Part shown: in pieces, positions 10,663 through 23,217 of the stretch
How the letters are laid out: the number at the start of each line of letters is the position of its first letter
Position numbering within the stretch: the stretch's first letter is position 1
Sequence record: SRR20825010_4284
Reading direction: 5' to 3' (one strand)
Length of the DNA stretch: 64,000 nt
Position numbers and translations under genes: made by a program
The notes under the pieces: model-generated
Database searches by the model: none
The model's input: only the letters and a program-made list of their open reading frames with translations
What the model was told of the DNA's origin: nothing

Positions 10663-11439
10663 CTAACTTTGCTGCTCGCGCCAGGTCACTGCCATGCCGT
10701 CCGCATAACGCAGATCGACCCGAGCTACCTGGCGGCTATCCGTGCTCAGCACGCCACGATAAAGCCGCACAAAACGGCGTAATTTGGTGGTGTAATGCTC
10801 ACGGTCAACCACCAGTTCCATGTCGTTATTCAGCGTCAGGCGCGCGGTCAGGCGCGCGTTGACGTCCATACTGCGAATGGTCAGATCCACATCCGCCAGC
10901 GTTTTGCCCATGCTGTGGTAGAAGCCCATGACTTCCTCCAACCGCTGCTCCGGGCCACTCAGATGGGGCAGATCGGTCAAATCGTACTGTTTCAGCGCCT
11001 TGAACGGCTGACCGCTATCCGACACCAGAACTGCCTCGTTCCACACTGCCACCGGGTGACGTTCTTCCACCGTCAGCACCACGGTATCGGGCCACTGGCG
11101 GCGTACTGAAACCTCTTCCACCCAGCTCAGCCCTTGTGACTGCTGGTAAATATCCTCCAGCGGCACCGAGAAATAATTTTCTTCGCGCACCAGCGCCGCC
11201 AAGGCGGTCTGGATTTGCTGCTGACGGCGCACATCAGTCACACCGTCCACGCCCACCTTGCGGATCGGGTAGCCATCCAGCGCCGCAGGCAAGTAGATCA
11301 CCGCCAGCAAAATGACCAAGGCCACCGAGCTCACTAGCATCCACGGCACCGCTGTTGCCACCCGCTCGCGCAGGGGAACACCGGCCTTTTTTACCGGCTT
11401 GCGGCGGGCGCCACGCGGCGCGGGGGCGTTTCTAGCCAC
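10663..11439 (-). CDS. ftsQ: Cell division protein FtsQ
   Basis: TM helix, POTRA-region VRRQWPD, DLRY motif; dcw position. GTG start overlaps the ddl stop. Confidence 0.93.
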   Translation of the reverse strand: MARNAPAPRGARRKPVKKAGVPLRERVATAVPWMLVSSVALVILLAVIYLPAALDGYPIRKVGVDGVTDVRRQQQIQTALAALVREENYFSVPLEDIYQQSQGLSWVEEVSVRRQWPDTVVLTVEERHPVAVWNEAVLVSDSGQPFKALKQYDLTDLPHLSGPEQRLEEVMGFYHSMGKTLADVDLTIRSMDVNARLTARLTLNNDMELVVDREHYTTKLRRFVRLYRGVLSTDSRQVARVDLRYADGMAVTWREQQS

Positions 11440-12355
11440 GACCCCGTTCCAGTGCGTCCAGAAGGATCTCACCTACCAACACATCAAAATCACGACCAGT
11501 GGCTTTCGCCGCCATCGGCACCAAGGAGTGGTCGGTCATGCCGGGCACCGTATTCACTTCCAGCAACTGCCACTGGCCCTGCGCATCGCGCATCACATCG
11601 ACCCGACCCCAGCCACGGCAACCGGCAACCCGGAACGCCGTCAGCGCCAGCTGCCGCAGCGCCTGCTCATCAGCATCATCCAGCCCCGCCGGGCACAGGT
11701 ATTCGGTGCTGTCGGACTGGTACTTGGCTTCAAAGTCATAAAACGCATGGGGCGTTTGCAGGCGGATGGCCGGCAAGGCTTCATCGCCCAGCACCGCTAC
11801 GGTGTATTCCGGGCCGCTGACCCAGGCTTCCACCAGCACGTCCTGATCAAATTTTTCTGCGGCCACCAGCGCCTCGGCCAGCTCTTCAGCGTTATCCGCC
11901 TTGGCCATACCGATGGAGGAGCCTTCATGGGCCGGTTTCACGATGACCGGGAACCCCAGGTCCGCCTCATCGCGGCCGGACACATAAAATGCCGGGGTCG
12001 GCAAACCGGCCCCTTTCCACAATTGCTTGGTGCGCACCTTGTCCATGCCGATGGCCGATGCCATCACCCCGGACCCGGTGTAAGGAATATCCAGATGCTC
12101 CAGCACACCCTGAATCACGCCGTCTTCGCCGCCGCGACCGTGCAGGGCAATAAAAGCGGCATCAAACCCTTTCAGGGTCTCTACGCTCTTGTCCGCCGGG
12201 TCGACCAGCTCTGCGATCAGGCCCAGATTGCGCAGCCCCTGATGCACCGCCGCACCGCTTTTCAGTGACACCGGACGCTCTGCGGATTTACCGCCAGCCA
12301 GCACTGCCACACGGCCCACCCGGCTCAATCGTTGTTTCAATGCACGCTTATCCAT
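11432..12355 (-). CDS. ddlB: D-alanine--D-alanine ligase
   Basis: [26 protein letters not shown]. Confidence 0.97.
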   Translation of the reverse strand: MDKRALKQRLSRVGRVAVLAGGKSAERPVSLKSGAAVHQGLRNLGLIAELVDPADKSVETLKGFDAAFIALHGRGGEDGVIQGVLEHLDIPYTGSGVMASAIGMDKVRTKQLWKGAGLPTPAFYVSGRDEADLGFPVIVKPAHEGSSIGMAKADNAEELAEALVAAEKFDQDVLVEAWVSGPEYTVAVLGDEALPAIRLQTPHAFYDFEAKYQSDSTEYLCPAGLDDADEQALRQLALTAFRVAGCRGWGRVDVMRDAQGQWQLLEVNTVPGMTDHSLVPMAAKATGRDFDVLVGEILLDALERGRG

Positions 12356-13772
12356 GGCGGCCTCCCTGAGCGGCCAACTGCTTGGCAATGGTGCCGACGT
12401 TACCGGCACCCTGCGTAACGAGAAGGTCACCGTCCTGAAGCTGGTTAGCCAACAGCGCCGGCAGCTTGTCCGGGTCGTCCACAAACACCGGCTCCAGGCC
12501 ACGCTTACGCAGGCTGCGACACAATGCCCGGGCGTCCGCACCGGGAATCGGGTCTTCGCCGGCGGCATACACTTCCAGCATCAGCAACACGTCCACCCCG
12601 GAGAGCACTTCCACGAAGTCCTCGTACAAGTCCTGGGTGCGGGTGTAACGGTGCGGCTGGAACAGCATGGCCAGGCGCCGATCCGGCCAACCGTCGCGAA
12701 TGGCTGCAATGGTGGCGGCCACTTCACGGGGGTGGTGGCCATAGTCATCCACCAGCGTCGCGCTGCCGCCCTCGAAGTGGTACTCGCCCTGCACATCAAA
12801 GCGGCGCCCCACACCGGTAAAGTTATTCAAACCACGGATAATGGCTTCATCGTCTGCGCCTTCATCCGCGGACACCGCGATGGCAGCCAAGGCGTTCAAG
12901 ACGTTATGGCGACCCGGCATGTTCAGGGACACTTCCAGTGGCTCGCCTTCGGCACGCACTACCCGGAAATGGGTCACCATGCCGTCCTGGCGCACGTTCT
13001 CGGCACGCAGGTCTGCATCCTCGCTGAAGCCGTAGCGGATCACCTGACGGTTGACCCGGGGCAGCAACTTGCGCACCACCGGATCATCCACACACATCAC
13101 CGCCACACCGTAGAACGGCAGGTTGTGAAGAAACTCGATAAAGGTGTTTTCCAGCTGGGCGAAGTCACCACCGTAGGTGTGCATGTGGTCCGCATCGATA
13201 TTGGTGACGATGGCACTCATGGGCTGCAGGTGCAGGAAGCTGGCATCGGATTCATCCGCTTCGGCCACCAGGTAACGGCTCTGTCCCAAACGGGCATTGG
13301 TGCCAGCGCTATTCAGGCGCCCACCAATCACAAAGGTCGGATCCAGTCCGGCCTCAGCCATGATCGCCGCGGTCAGCGAAGTCGTGGTGGTCTTGCCGTG
13401 GGTACCGGCCACAGCGATGCCATGGCGAAAGCGCATCAGCTCCGCCAGCATCTGGGCACGCGGCACCACCGGAATACGCCGCTCATGGGCCGCCGCCACT
13501 TCCAGGTTTTCGGTATTCACCGCCGTGGAGGTCACCACCACATCTGCGCCATCGATATTCTCAGCACGGTGGCCAATCTCCACCCGCACGCCCAGGCTGC
13601 GCAGGCGCTCCACCACCGGCGATTCCTTGATGTCGCTGCCACTGATGGCATAGCCCTGGTTGGCCAGCACTTCCGCAATGCCGCACATGCCCACACCGCC
13701 AATACCCACGAAATGGATACCGCGAATGCGGCGCATCTCCGGCACCGTATGAATGTTGTCGTTATCGGCCAT
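12348..13772 (-). CDS. murC: UDP-N-acetylmuramate--L-alanine ligase
   Basis: [29 protein letters not shown]. Confidence 0.98.
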   Translation of the reverse strand: MADNDNIHTVPEMRRIRGIHFVGIGGVGMCGIAEVLANQGYAISGSDIKESPVVERLRSLGVRVEIGHRAENIDGADVVVTSTAVNTENLEVAAAHERRIPVVPRAQMLAELMRFRHGIAVAGTHGKTTTTSLTAAIMAEAGLDPTFVIGGRLNSAGTNARLGQSRYLVAEADESDASFLHLQPMSAIVTNIDADHMHTYGGDFAQLENTFIEFLHNLPFYGVAVMCVDDPVVRKLLPRVNRQVIRYGFSEDADLRAENVRQDGMVTHFRVVRAEGEPLEVSLNMPGRHNVLNALAAIAVSADEGADDEAIIRGLNNFTGVGRRFDVQGEYHFEGGSATLVDDYGHHPREVAATIAAIRDGWPDRRLAMLFQPHRYTRTQDLYEDFVEVLSGVDVLLMLEVYAAGEDPIPGADARALCRSLRKRGLEPVFVDDPDKLPALLANQLQDGDLLVTQGAGNVGTIAKQLAAQGGRHG

Positions 13773-14835
13773 TGGCCACCTCCTCACACAGCGTGGCGGC
13801 ACGCTCTGCGCTATCCGCCATCGCCTGCTCACGGGCCCGCTCGGCGATTTGCGCCAGCAGGCCGCGCTCTGCAACCGGTTTCAGGGTGCCGGCAAGGCTT
13901 GCCGCACCCAGGTCCCGCTGGGGCAACAGCAGCGCGGCTCCGCGCTCTGACAACCAACGGGCATTCAATGTCTGGTGGTCGTCCACTGCGCTGGGCAGGG
14001 GCACAAACATGGCGGCCACACCTGCCGCCGCCACTTCTGCCACGGTCAGTGCACCAGCCCTGCAGATCACCAGATCCGCCCAGCCGTAGGCTTCCGCCAT
14101 GTCATCGATAAACTCGCTCACCTGTGCCTGCAGCCCCAGCGCCTGATAAATCGGCGCGGCTTCCGCCGTACGTCCGGCGCCACACTGATGACGCACCTGT
14201 ATATCGCGCCCCAGCACCGCCAACAGCAGCTCGGGCAAATCCTGGTTCAGCACCAAGGCCCCCTGGCTGCCGCCCAGTACCAGTACCCGCAAGCCGCCCT
14301 GATGTTGGGCATAGCGGCGAGCCGGCTCATCCAGGGCGGTAATTTCCGGGCGCACCGGATTGCCCACCCAGCAGGCCTGCGGATTACCAAAGGCACCCTG
14401 AAACCCTTCCAGGGTCACCGTGGCAAGACGGGACAACAGGCGATTGGTCAGCCCGGGAACCGCATTCTGCTCATGGACCACCACCGGCACCTTGCACAGC
14501 TTGGCTGCCAGTCCGCCGGGGCCGCTGGCAAACCCGCCAAAGCCCACCGCCAGCACCGGCTGACGGGCACGGATCAACTGGCGTGCCTGCAAGACAGCCC
14601 GCAGCAGATTGAAAGGGGCGGTCAGCTTGCGCTTGAGGCCACCACCGCGCAGACGGGACACGGACAGCTCGGCAATCTCGTAGCCGTACTGGCGCACCAG
14701 CTTGCCTTCCATGCCGTTTTCCGCGCCCAGCCAGAGAATCTCAAAACCGCGTTCACGCAGTTGGTCGGCCACAGCCAGCGCCGGGAATACATGGCCGCCG
14801 GTGCCACCCGCCATAATCAGGACAGTGCGACTCAT
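13762..14835 (-). CDS. murG: Undecaprenyldiphospho-muramoylpentapeptide beta-N-acetylglucosaminyltransferase
   Basis: [30 protein letters not shown]. Confidence 0.98.
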   Translation of the reverse strand: MSRTVLIMAGGTGGHVFPALAVADQLRERGFEILWLGAENGMEGKLVRQYGYEIAELSVSRLRGGGLKRKLTAPFNLLRAVLQARQLIRARQPVLAVGFGGFASGPGGLAAKLCKVPVVVHEQNAVPGLTNRLLSRLATVTLEGFQGAFGNPQACWVGNPVRPEITALDEPARRYAQHQGGLRVLVLGGSQGALVLNQDLPELLLAVLGRDIQVRHQCGAGRTAEAAPIYQALGLQAQVSEFIDDMAEAYGWADLVICRAGALTVAEVAAAGVAAMFVPLPSAVDDHQTLNARWLSERGAALLLPQRDLGAASLAGTLKPVAERGLLAQIAERAREQAMADSAERAATLCEEVANGR

Positions 14836-15989
14836 CGTGCTGCCCTCCCTCTGGCTTTCAGGTGGTCGGCTTCCGCCCCTGCGCGCAGGATCAAGCCAAT
14901 CATGGCGGCGGAGATCAACAACGAGGACCCGCCGTAGCTGATAAACGGCAGGGTCAAACCTTTGGTGGGCAACAGACCCATGTTCACGCCCAGGTTGATA
15001 AAGGCCTGGGAACAAAATACAAACGCGCAGCCATAAACCAGGTAGGCGTGATACAACAGCCCGCGCTCTTCCAAACGGTGGCCGACGCGAAACACCCGCC
15101 AGCCCAGCAAAATAAAGCCACTGATCAGTGCCACATTGCCGAGCAGACCCAACTCTTCAGACATCACCGCATAAACAAAATCCGTATGCGCTTCCGGCAG
15201 ATAAAACAGTTTCTGCACGCTGTTGCCCAAGCCCACGCCCAGCCAGTGACCACGGCCAAAGGCGATCAGACTCTGGGTAAGCTGATAACCAGAACCAAAC
15301 TGGTCTGCCCAGGGGTCCGTGAAGGTCATCAGTCGCGCCACCCGGTAGGGCTCGGCAAAGGCCACCAGCCCACCCAATGCCACCGCAATCAGGCCGATCA
15401 GCAAGAAGCGCAGGGTCGGCACGCCGGACAGGAACAACATGCCCATGGCGGTAATACCCAGCACCACCACTGCACCGAAGTCCGGTTCCAGCAACAGCAG
15501 CAGCATCAACACACCCAACAAGCCCAGCGGCAGCAGGAAGGCTTTCCATTCGGTTTCCAGCGCCGCCTTGCGTTGTGCGACATAGCCAGCCATGTAAAGC
15601 ACAAAGCACAGCTTGACGATTTCCGAAGCTTGAATCGTCAGGCCTGGCAAGGCGATCCAGCGGGTGGAGCCATTAACCGTTCGCCCCAGCCCGGGAATAA
15701 ACACCATCACCAATACCACCAGGGCCACTGGCAACATCACAAAACGCAAACGCTCCAGCAACGCCAGCGGCACCGCGTAATAGACAAAGGTGCCAACACC
15801 CAGCCCCAGCGCCAGATAAATGCCATGGCGCATGGCGTAATAGAAGGGGTCACCCAGGCGCGTTTCTGCAATCTGCAAACTGGCGGAGGACACCATCACC
15901 AGCCCCGCCAGCGCCAGCAAAATAGCAGTCCACAACAACGGCTGGTCGATACCCGTGCGGTCCACTTTCAGGATCATGCGCTCAGTCAT
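14832..15989 (-). CDS. ftsW: Peptidoglycan glycosyltransferase FtsW (SEDS family)
   Basis: Polytopic membrane protein with YLPEAHTDF and LPFISYGGSS. Confidence 0.97.
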   Translation of the reverse strand: MTERMILKVDRTGIDQPLLWTAILLALAGLVMVSSASLQIAETRLGDPFYYAMRHGIYLALGLGVGTFVYYAVPLALLERLRFVMLPVALVVLVMVFIPGLGRTVNGSTRWIALPGLTIQASEIVKLCFVLYMAGYVAQRKAALETEWKAFLLPLGLLGVLMLLLLLEPDFGAVVVLGITAMGMLFLSGVPTLRFLLIGLIAVALGGLVAFAEPYRVARLMTFTDPWADQFGSGYQLTQSLIAFGRGHWLGVGLGNSVQKLFYLPEAHTDFVYAVMSEELGLLGNVALISGFILLGWRVFRVGHRLEERGLLYHAYLVYGCAFVFCSQAFINLGVNMGLLPTKGLTLPFISYGGSSLLISAAMIGLILRAGAEADHLKARGRAAR

Positions 15990-17307
15990 GGCACACCTCC
16001 CGGGCACGGGCGGAGAAATCATCGCCGCGGGCAGCAAAGCCGCTGAACATGTCAAAAGAGGCGCATGCTGGCGACAACAACACCGCGTCACCCGGCTGTG
16101 CCAACGCATGGGCACGGGCAACGGCAGCAGCCATGTCAGCTACCAGTTCGCAGGGGGCAGCGGACATGCCCTGGGCCACGGTATTGCGGTCTTCTCCCAT
16201 CAACAGGGCGGCGCGTAAATATTGGCGAGCGGGTTCGGCTAGCGGGGAAAAATCCTGCCCTTTACCCTGGCCGCCCGCCACCAAAATGACTTTGCCTTGG
16301 ATGCTTTCGCCGATACCGGTGAGCGCGGCTAGCGTGGCCCCCACATTGGTGGCCTTGGAATCGTTGAACCAGCGCACGCCTCCGGCTTCTGCCACCAGCT
16401 GACAACGGTGGGGCAGACCGGTAAACGCTTTCACCGTGGCCAGTGCCTTGTCGCGATTCAGGGACAGCGCATCGCTGATCGCCAGTACCGAGAGAATGTT
16501 CATGGCATTGTGGTGGCCGGTCAACGCCAGCTCAGACAGCGACAGCAACGGCTCGCCCCGGCACAGCAGTTGGCCGTTTTCGCTATCCAGACGGTAATCC
16601 GCTTCCGGGTGGGCACCAAAACTGATCTGCCGCGCCACGGTGGCCGGCGGACGGGTAGCCAGATCATCGCGGTTCCAGACCGCCACCTGACAGCCGTCGT
16701 AAACACGCTGCTTGGCGGCCAGGTAATCCGCAAAGCTGGCATAGCGGTCCAGATGGTCCTGGGACACATTGAGAATCGTGGCCACTTCTGCACTCAGGCT
16801 GTAAGTGGTTTCCAGCTGGAAGCTGGACAATTCCAACACATACAAGCGGGCCTGATCGTCCAGCAATTCCAGCGCCGCCACACCCAGGTTGCCGCCGATG
16901 CCCGGGTTCATCCCACAGGCATCTGCTACCTGACCCAGCAGGGTTGTCACTGTGCTCTTGGCGTTGGAGCCGGTGATCGCCACCAGCGGCTCGCTGGCCG
17001 CACGGGCGAACAGCTCAATGTCGCCAATCACTTCTTTGCCATCCACGACCTGCTCGGCGATGGCCGGGGTCGATACCGCCACACCCGGGCTCACGATCAG
17101 GCGACGGGCCTTGCCCATCCAGCCTTTTTTGAAGCTACCGGTGTGAACTTTCAGGTCCGGAAATTCAGCGCACAGGGCATCCAGCCCGGCCGGCTCAGCA
17201 CGGGTGTCAATGGCGCGCACGGGCATCCCCTGATCCGTTAGATAACGGATCACGGAGCGGCCTGTTACACCCAGACCAATGACCAGATCAAACCCGTCTT
17301 TCGCCAT
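15982..17307 (-). CDS. murD: UDP-N-acetylmuramoyl-L-alanine--D-glutamate ligase
   Basis: ITGSNAKSTVT, ELSSFQLE, NDSKATN, SPACASFD. Start is ATG 17307 or TTG 17319. Confidence 0.97.
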   Translation of the reverse strand: MAKDGFDLVIGLGVTGRSVIRYLTDQGMPVRAIDTRAEPAGLDALCAEFPDLKVHTGSFKKGWMGKARRLIVSPGVAVSTPAIAEQVVDGKEVIGDIELFARAASEPLVAITGSNAKSTVTTLLGQVADACGMNPGIGGNLGVAALELLDDQARLYVLELSSFQLETTYSLSAEVATILNVSQDHLDRYASFADYLAAKQRVYDGCQVAVWNRDDLATRPPATVARQISFGAHPEADYRLDSENGQLLCRGEPLLSLSELALTGHHNAMNILSVLAISDALSLNRDKALATVKAFTGLPHRCQLVAEAGGVRWFNDSKATNVGATLAALTGIGESIQGKVILVAGGQGKGQDFSPLAEPARQYLRAALLMGEDRNTVAQGMSAAPCELVADMAAAVARAHALAQPGDAVLLSPACASFDMFSGFAARGDDFSARAREVCHD

Positions 17308-17323
17308 AAATTGACTCAATCCC

Positions 17324-18406
17324 CTATCGGATTTTCAGGGTCGCCAGACCCACCAGTACGAGAATTACGGTGATAATCCAGAACCGCACAATGATCTTCG
17401 GCTCCGGCCACCCCTTCAGTTCAAAATGGTGATGAATGGGGGCCATGCGGAAAATCCGCCGACCGGTGAGCTTGTACGAGCCCACCTGCAACATCACCGA
17501 TACCGTTTCCATCACGAACACACCGCCCATGATGAAAAGCACAATTTCCTGGCGCACGATTACCGCCATCACGCCCAGCACCGCCCCCAGAGACAGCGCG
17601 CCCACATCGCCCATAAACACCTGGGCGGGATACGCGTTGAACCACAGAAACCCGAGGCCCGCACCACACAGTGCAGCGGAAATAATCACCAGCTCACCAG
17701 CACCGGCCACATAAGGAATCTGCAAGTAAGTCGCAAATTCCGTATGCCCCCCGGCGTAGGCAAAGATGCCCAAAGCGCCCCCCACCAGCACGGTGGGCAT
17801 GATGGCCAGGCCATCCAGTCCGTCAGTCAGGTTCACCGCGTTGCTGGTGCCGTTAATCACAAAATAGGTAAGCACGATGTAGAACCAACCCATGTTGATG
17901 GCCACACTCTTGAAGAAGGGCACGATCAACTGGGTTTCCACCGGGCTTTGCGCGGAGAAGAACAAGGCACAACCGGCACCAAGCGCACCCACCGACAACC
18001 ACAGGTATTTCCAGCGGGCGGGCAAGCCGCGCGGGTTCTTTTCCACCACCTTGCGCCAGTCATCCACCCAGCCCACGGCGCCGAAAATGAACAGCACACC
18101 CAGGGTGATCCACACAAACCGGTTTTCCAGATCGCCCCACAACAGGGTGGAGATCACAATGGCCACCAGAATCAACGCGCCGCCCATGGTGGGGGTACCC
18201 GCCTTGCTCAGGTGGCTCTTCGGGCCGTCATCACGAATGGCCTGACCCACCTGCTTTTCCTGCAGTTTGCGAATCATGATCGGGCCGACCCAGAACGCGA
18301 TAAACAGCGCCGTCAGCACACTCAAGATGCCGCGCAGGGTGATGTACTGCACCACCAGAAAACCGCTGTGGTATTGCGCCAGATATTCCGCCAGCCAAAG
18401 CAGCAT
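17324..18406 (-). CDS. mraY: Phospho-N-acetylmuramoyl-pentapeptide transferase
   Basis: [29 protein letters not shown]. Confidence 0.99.
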   Translation of the reverse strand: MLLWLAEYLAQYHSGFLVVQYITLRGILSVLTALFIAFWVGPIMIRKLQEKQVGQAIRDDGPKSHLSKAGTPTMGGALILVAIVISTLLWGDLENRFVWITLGVLFIFGAVGWVDDWRKVVEKNPRGLPARWKYLWLSVGALGAGCALFFSAQSPVETQLIVPFFKSVAINMGWFYIVLTYFVINGTSNAVNLTDGLDGLAIMPTVLVGGALGIFAYAGGHTEFATYLQIPYVAGAGELVIISAALCGAGLGFLWFNAYPAQVFMGDVGALSLGAVLGVMAVIVRQEIVLFIMGGVFVMETVSVMLQVGSYKLTGRRIFRMAPIHHHFELKGWPEPKIIVRFWIITVILVLVGLATLKIR

Positions 18407-19767
18407 CAGTGTGCCCCCCCTGTGTGTGTGCGTTCCTGTGTAAGCCGCTGCACCACCGCTTCCATACCGGCGCTACGGGATCCTTTCACCAACACCGTGC
18501 CGCCTTCTGCCAGCACCGGGGCACTCCAGCTCGCCGCCTGTTGATAGTCCTCGGCAATTTTTGCTGCGTCGCCATAACCCCGTGCGGCGGCCGCTGCACC
18601 GGTCATGGCAACCAAACCGGAAAGCCCGGCCTGACGAGCGTATTCACCCAGTTCCTCTACCAGCGAATCGGCCTGCGGGCCCAACTCGCCCATGGCGCCC
18701 AGCACCAGCATTTGTGGTGCCGGCTGCGCGGCCAGCCAGTCAATGGCGGCGCGCACTGAACCCGGGTTGGCGTTGTAGGTGTCATCAACCACGGCGCCGG
18801 CACCGGCAGCCTGGATATGCATTCGTCCGGGAACCGGTTTCAGTGCTGCCAGACGCGGCAACACCTGAGGCAGATTTGCGCCCAAGGCACGCACCGCCGC
18901 GCAGGCCATCAAGGCATTACTCACCTGATGCGCGCCGGGCAGCGGTACCGTCACGGTTTCGCCCAGCGGCTGAAGCACAAACTCCGCGCGATCGCGATGC
19001 AGGGTGATGTTTTCGGCATACAGGTCAGCACCGTTTCGCGTGCTTTCATCCATGCTGACCCGCACCACCGTCAAACCCGCGGCACGGGCTTCTTCAGTAA
19101 AGAAATCCGCGAAGCTGTCATCATTGTTGATGATCGCCTGACCACCCGGCGTACAACCGGTGAAAATCTCCGCCTTGGCATCGGCAATGCCCTGCATGGA
19201 ACCAAAGCCTTCCAGGTGCGCGCCGGTCACGTTAGTGACCAGCACCACCTGCGGGCGCGTCAGCGAACTGGTCCAGGCGATTTCGCCCGGCGCATTGGCA
19301 CCCAGTTCGATCACCGCGTAACGGTGCTCTGCACGCAAACGCAACAGAGTCAGCGGTACGCCCACGTCATTATTGAAGTTGCCATGGGTGGCCAGGGTAC
19401 CGTCACCCAGCATGGCCGCCGCCATTTCCTTCACCGTGGTTTTGCCGGCATTGCCGGTGACCGCCAGACGGGGCATATCGAACTGGGCGGCATAACCACC
19501 GGCAAGACGGCCCAGGCCTTCACGGCTATCGGCAACGCGCACCGCGCTCTCGAAGCAGTCCTGCTCACGCTCCACCAAGGCCGCAATGGCGCCACCGGTT
19601 TTGGCCGAGGCCAGAAAATCATGGGCGTCAAAACGGTCACCGCGCAAAGCAGCAAACAGGCAGCCCGGTTCGATGGCTCTGGTATCGGTGGCCACGGCAT
19701 TGACCTTCAGGTCTTCACCCTGCAAGGCACCACCGGTCCACTCAGCGATTTGTGACAGCCACATCAT
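18406..19767 (-). CDS. murF: UDP-N-acetylmuramoyl-tripeptide--D-alanyl-D-alanine ligase
   Basis: [30 protein letters not shown]. Confidence 0.97.
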   Translation of the reverse strand: MMWLSQIAEWTGGALQGEDLKVNAVATDTRAIEPGCLFAALRGDRFDAHDFLASAKTGGAIAALVEREQDCFESAVRVADSREGLGRLAGGYAAQFDMPRLAVTGNAGKTTVKEMAAAMLGDGTLATHGNFNNDVGVPLTLLRLRAEHRYAVIELGANAPGEIAWTSSLTRPQVVLVTNVTGAHLEGFGSMQGIADAKAEIFTGCTPGGQAIINNDDSFADFFTEEARAAGLTVVRVSMDESTRNGADLYAENITLHRDRAEFVLQPLGETVTVPLPGAHQVSNALMACAAVRALGANLPQVLPRLAALKPVPGRMHIQAAGAGAVVDDTYNANPGSVRAAIDWLAAQPAPQMLVLGAMGELGPQADSLVEELGEYARQAGLSGLVAMTGAAAAARGYGDAAKIAEDYQQAASWSAPVLAEGGTVLVKGSRSAGMEAVVQRLTQERTHTGGAH

Positions 19768-21236
19768 TGCGCACCTCCCCGGGCGTTTAACGCCTTGCGG
19801 GCCAGGTCGCGATCATCACTGGGGTAACGCACGCCATCCACTTCCTGATAATCCTCGTGGCCCTTGCCAGCGAGCAAAATCACATCGCCGTCACTGGCCG
19901 CTTGCACGGTATCCATTACCGCCTGGGCACGTTCAACAATGACCTGCACCGACGCCGGGTCAGTAAGGCCTGAGCGCATGTCGTCGATAATCTTTTGCGG
20001 GTCTTCGCTGCGCGGGTTATCGCTGGTCAGCACTACCCGGTCGGCGCCGCGCTCGGCGACCGCCGCCATCTGCGGGCGCTTGCCGGTGTCCCGGTCTCCA
20101 CCACACCCTACGATGCAGAACAATCGGCCATGGAAATGAGCACGGCACGCCTGCAAGGCTTTTTCCAGCCCATCCGGGGTGTGGGCATAATCAACGATCA
20201 CGGTGGGACAGCCTGTTTGCTGTACCGGTTCCATGCGACCGGGCACCGGTGTTACCGTCGCCAGCGCACCGCCCAGTGAAGCAGTGCTAACGCCCTGACC
20301 GTGCAGAATCCCGGCAACGGCCATCACATTGCTGAGGTTAAAACGACCAAACAGCGGCAGCGTGACCGTCAGAGGGTCACCGCCCACGGCCAGTTCGGCA
20401 CGCATACCGTCGGCGGCAAAGGTGACAGCGGCACAGCGCACGGTGGCCCCCGGCTGATCGCCGAAGGTGACACAGCGCACCCCGTCGGCCAGGCAGCCGA
20501 TCAACGAATACGCCACTGGATCATCGCAATTGATCACCGCCAGCTTGACGCCGTCGCGGGTGAACAGCACGGATTTGGCTGCCAGGTAGGCTTCCATGTC
20601 GCCGTGGTAGTCCAGATGATCCCGGCTCAGATTACTGAACACGGCCACTGGCACCGGCGTGGAACCAAGGCGGTGCTGGTCCAGCGCATGGGATGACACT
20701 TCCATGGCCACACAATCTGCGCCCGCATCACGCACCCGGGCCAGACCGGCCTGCAGGGTAATCGGATCCGGCGTGGTATGACCGGTAATTTGTTCGCTAC
20801 CTTTCAGCCCCAGGCCCAGGGTGCCGACCAGGGCACAACGGTGGCCCAAGGCATTGAGTGCATCGCGCAGGAACCAGGTAATGCTGGTTTTGCCGTTGGT
20901 ACCGGTCACACCGACCACATTCATGGCCGCACCGGGCTCGCCATACCAGCGGGCCGCCAACGCACCAACCTGACGGCCCAGCCCTGGCAACGCCACACAG
21001 GGCACCACCTGGTCCTGCTGAATCTCAAACGTGTCTGCCTCCGCCAACACCGCCACCGCGCCAGCGGCAATCGCCTGACTAACAAACTGGCGACCATCGC
21101 TGGCCACGCCCGGCACGGCCAAAAACAGATCGCCGGGGGCAACGTTACGGCTATCGAGCTGTAGCCCTGAAAGCACAACACCCGCCGTAGAAGCTGGCAG
21201 GGTGACATCGGGTAGCAGTTGCTGGAGGGTCATCAT
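19764..21236 (-). CDS. murE: UDP-N-acetylmuramoyl-L-alanyl-D-glutamate--2,6-diaminopimelate ligase
   Basis: GTNGKTS, MEVSSH, DYAHTPD, DNPR (meso-DAP specificity), AGKGHE. Confidence 0.98.
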   Translation of the reverse strand: MMTLQQLLPDVTLPASTAGVVLSGLQLDSRNVAPGDLFLAVPGVASDGRQFVSQAIAAGAVAVLAEADTFEIQQDQVVPCVALPGLGRQVGALAARWYGEPGAAMNVVGVTGTNGKTSITWFLRDALNALGHRCALVGTLGLGLKGSEQITGHTTPDPITLQAGLARVRDAGADCVAMEVSSHALDQHRLGSTPVPVAVFSNLSRDHLDYHGDMEAYLAAKSVLFTRDGVKLAVINCDDPVAYSLIGCLADGVRCVTFGDQPGATVRCAAVTFAADGMRAELAVGGDPLTVTLPLFGRFNLSNVMAVAGILHGQGVSTASLGGALATVTPVPGRMEPVQQTGCPTVIVDYAHTPDGLEKALQACRAHFHGRLFCIVGCGGDRDTGKRPQMAAVAERGADRVVLTSDNPRSEDPQKIIDDMRSGLTDPASVQVIVERAQAVMDTVQAASDGDVILLAGKGHEDYQEVDGVRYPSDDRDLARKALNARGGAQ

Positions 21237-22954
21237 GAGCGATCCTCCGCATCCGGGCCGCCGGCCAGCAGCCCGTCAGGCTTGTCCGGTGGCACATGCA
21301 GTGAACGCAACACGCCACCCATGATGTTGGAAAATGCGGGCGCCGCGACCAGACCACCGTAATAGGCATCGCCGCCCGGATCATCGATCACCACCACGGT
21401 GACAATGCGCGGATCCGTTGCCGGGGCCAACCCGGCGAACAAACCGATGTAATTGTCATCGGCATAACCGCCGGCCATCACCTTGTGCACCGTGCCGGTC
21501 TTACCCGCCACCTGATAACCCGGCACCTGTGCACGGCGCGCAGTGCCCACACGGCTGACCACGGTTTCCAGCATCTGAACCAACTGTCGAGCCGTGCCCT
21601 TGCCGATCACCTGCTCACCCTGCGGCAGACCATCCACCTTTTTCAGGGTCAACGGCACTTTGACGCCATCGTTGGCGATCACGGCATAGGCCTGGGCCAA
21701 CTGCACCGCAGACACGCTCAAGCCATAACCATAGGACAGCGCCGCCCGCTCCACATCCCGCCACTTGCTGCGCAGCGGCAGCAAGCCGTTGCTCTCACCG
21801 GGGAAAGCAATATGGGTGGACTGGCCAAAGCCGAAACGCTCCAGGTACCCCGGCAAGGCCAGCGGATCCATGGCTAGCGCCAGCTTGCTGGTGCCCACGT
21901 TGGAGCTTTTGGTCAGCACCGTGGTGATGTCGATGACACCATAATCACGGTGATCGCGAATGGTTTTGCTGCCCACCCGCAAGGTCCCCGGGTGGGTATT
22001 GATGGTGGTGGACGGTGTCACCATGCCCATTTCCAGGGCCGCCGCCACGGTAAACGGCTTCATGGTGGAACCCGGCTCGAACAGGTCCGTCACGGCCCGA
22101 TTACGCAGCGCGCCAGTATCCAGATTGCCGCGATTGTTGGGGTTGTAGGCTGGCTGATTGACCATGGCCAACACTTCCCCGGTGCGCACATCCAGCACTA
22201 CCGCACTGCCACCCTTGGCCTTGAATTTTTGCACAGCACCCAGCAATTCCCGGTAGGCCAGGTATTGCAGGCGCAGGTCGATGCTCAGGGTGACATCTTC
22301 ACCGGGCTCTGCCGGCTCCAGCACTTCAATATCCTGAATTACCCGGCCCAGCAGATCGCGCACCACTTTCTTGCGCCCGGAATGGCCGGACAGATGGTCT
22401 TCCATGGACAGTTCAATGCCTTCCTGCCCCTGATCATCAATATTGGTAAAGCCCACCACATGGCTGGCCACTTCGCCGGCCGGGTAATAACGACGGTACT
22501 CTGTCAGCGAATAAACGCCGGGCACATTCAGATTCAACACCGTCTTGGCCGCTTCCGGGGCCAAGCCACGCTCCAGGTAGATAAACTCGCGGGATTCATG
22601 CCGGCGGACTTTGCGGGCAAACGCTTTCGGGTCGATCACCGGGTTGCCAGCCAGGCGACCCCACTGATCCTGATGCTCCATGGCTTCGCGGGGATTCACC
22701 CACAATGTCACCACCGGCGTGCTCACCGCCAGCGGCTTGCCGGCACGGTCCCGGATCACACCACGGTGCGCAGCCAGCGGCTCCACACGCAGGTTACGAA
22801 TGTCGCCCTGGTGCGCCAGAAAATCATGCTGAATAACCTGCAGATCCACCGCCCGAACCAACAACAGACAGGCACACACCGTCCAGAAGCCCAGCACAAA
22901 GCGCCAGCGCATCGGGTGATTCGGTTGCCGTGTCTTGCGGGCCTGCTTCTTCAT
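21233..22954 (-). CDS. ftsI: Penicillin-binding protein 3 (division transpeptidase)
   Basis: EPGSTMK (SxxK), KSSN and KTGT motifs. Confidence 0.97.
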   Translation of the reverse strand: MKKQARKTRQPNHPMRWRFVLGFWTVCACLLLVRAVDLQVIQHDFLAHQGDIRNLRVEPLAAHRGVIRDRAGKPLAVSTPVVTLWVNPREAMEHQDQWGRLAGNPVIDPKAFARKVRRHESREFIYLERGLAPEAAKTVLNLNVPGVYSLTEYRRYYPAGEVASHVVGFTNIDDQGQEGIELSMEDHLSGHSGRKKVVRDLLGRVIQDIEVLEPAEPGEDVTLSIDLRLQYLAYRELLGAVQKFKAKGGSAVVLDVRTGEVLAMVNQPAYNPNNRGNLDTGALRNRAVTDLFEPGSTMKPFTVAAALEMGMVTPSTTINTHPGTLRVGSKTIRDHRDYGVIDITTVLTKSSNVGTSKLALAMDPLALPGYLERFGFGQSTHIAFPGESNGLLPLRSKWRDVERAALSYGYGLSVSAVQLAQAYAVIANDGVKVPLTLKKVDGLPQGEQVIGKGTARQLVQMLETVVSRVGTARRAQVPGYQVAGKTGTVHKVMAGGYADDNYIGLFAGLAPATDPRIVTVVVIDDPGGDAYYGGLVAAPAFSNIMGGVLRSLHVPPDKPDGLLAGGPDAEDRS

Positions 22955-23217
22955 GGCCGGATCAGCACTCTCTCATCGGTCTTGGGTAATTTCATGCCCA
23001 GCTTTTCCCTGGCCAGGCGCTCCACCCGGGCATAGCTGCCCCAGGTGCTGTGCTCCAGCAACAACTGACTCCACTGGCTTTCCAGGCGAGTCTGGCGCTG
23101 CTGCAAGCGTTGACTTTCATCGGTAAAACGGCGCGCCTGATGCACGCTGTAACTGACCGCCAGCGCGGACATAACCACCAGCACCACCAGGATGCGAATC
23201 ATCCACGGGGCCACCAT
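22951..23217 (-). CDS. ftsL: Cell division protein FtsL
   Basis: Short TM helix plus coiled coil (LLLEHSTW...RVERLA) between rsmH and ftsI. Confidence 0.92.
   Translation of the reverse strand: MVAPWMIRILVVLVVMSALAVSYSVHQARRFTDESQRLQQRQTRLESQWSQLLLEHSTWGSYARVERLAREKLGMKLPKTDERVLIRP

Noticed and set aside
12354-14111. Long antisense ORFs (585 aa here; also 32688-34022, 38348-39634, 42857-43945, 53316-54485 and others)
   Set aside because: They lie opposite well-supported genes, show no recognisable motifs, and are expected shadows of GC-rich codon usage.
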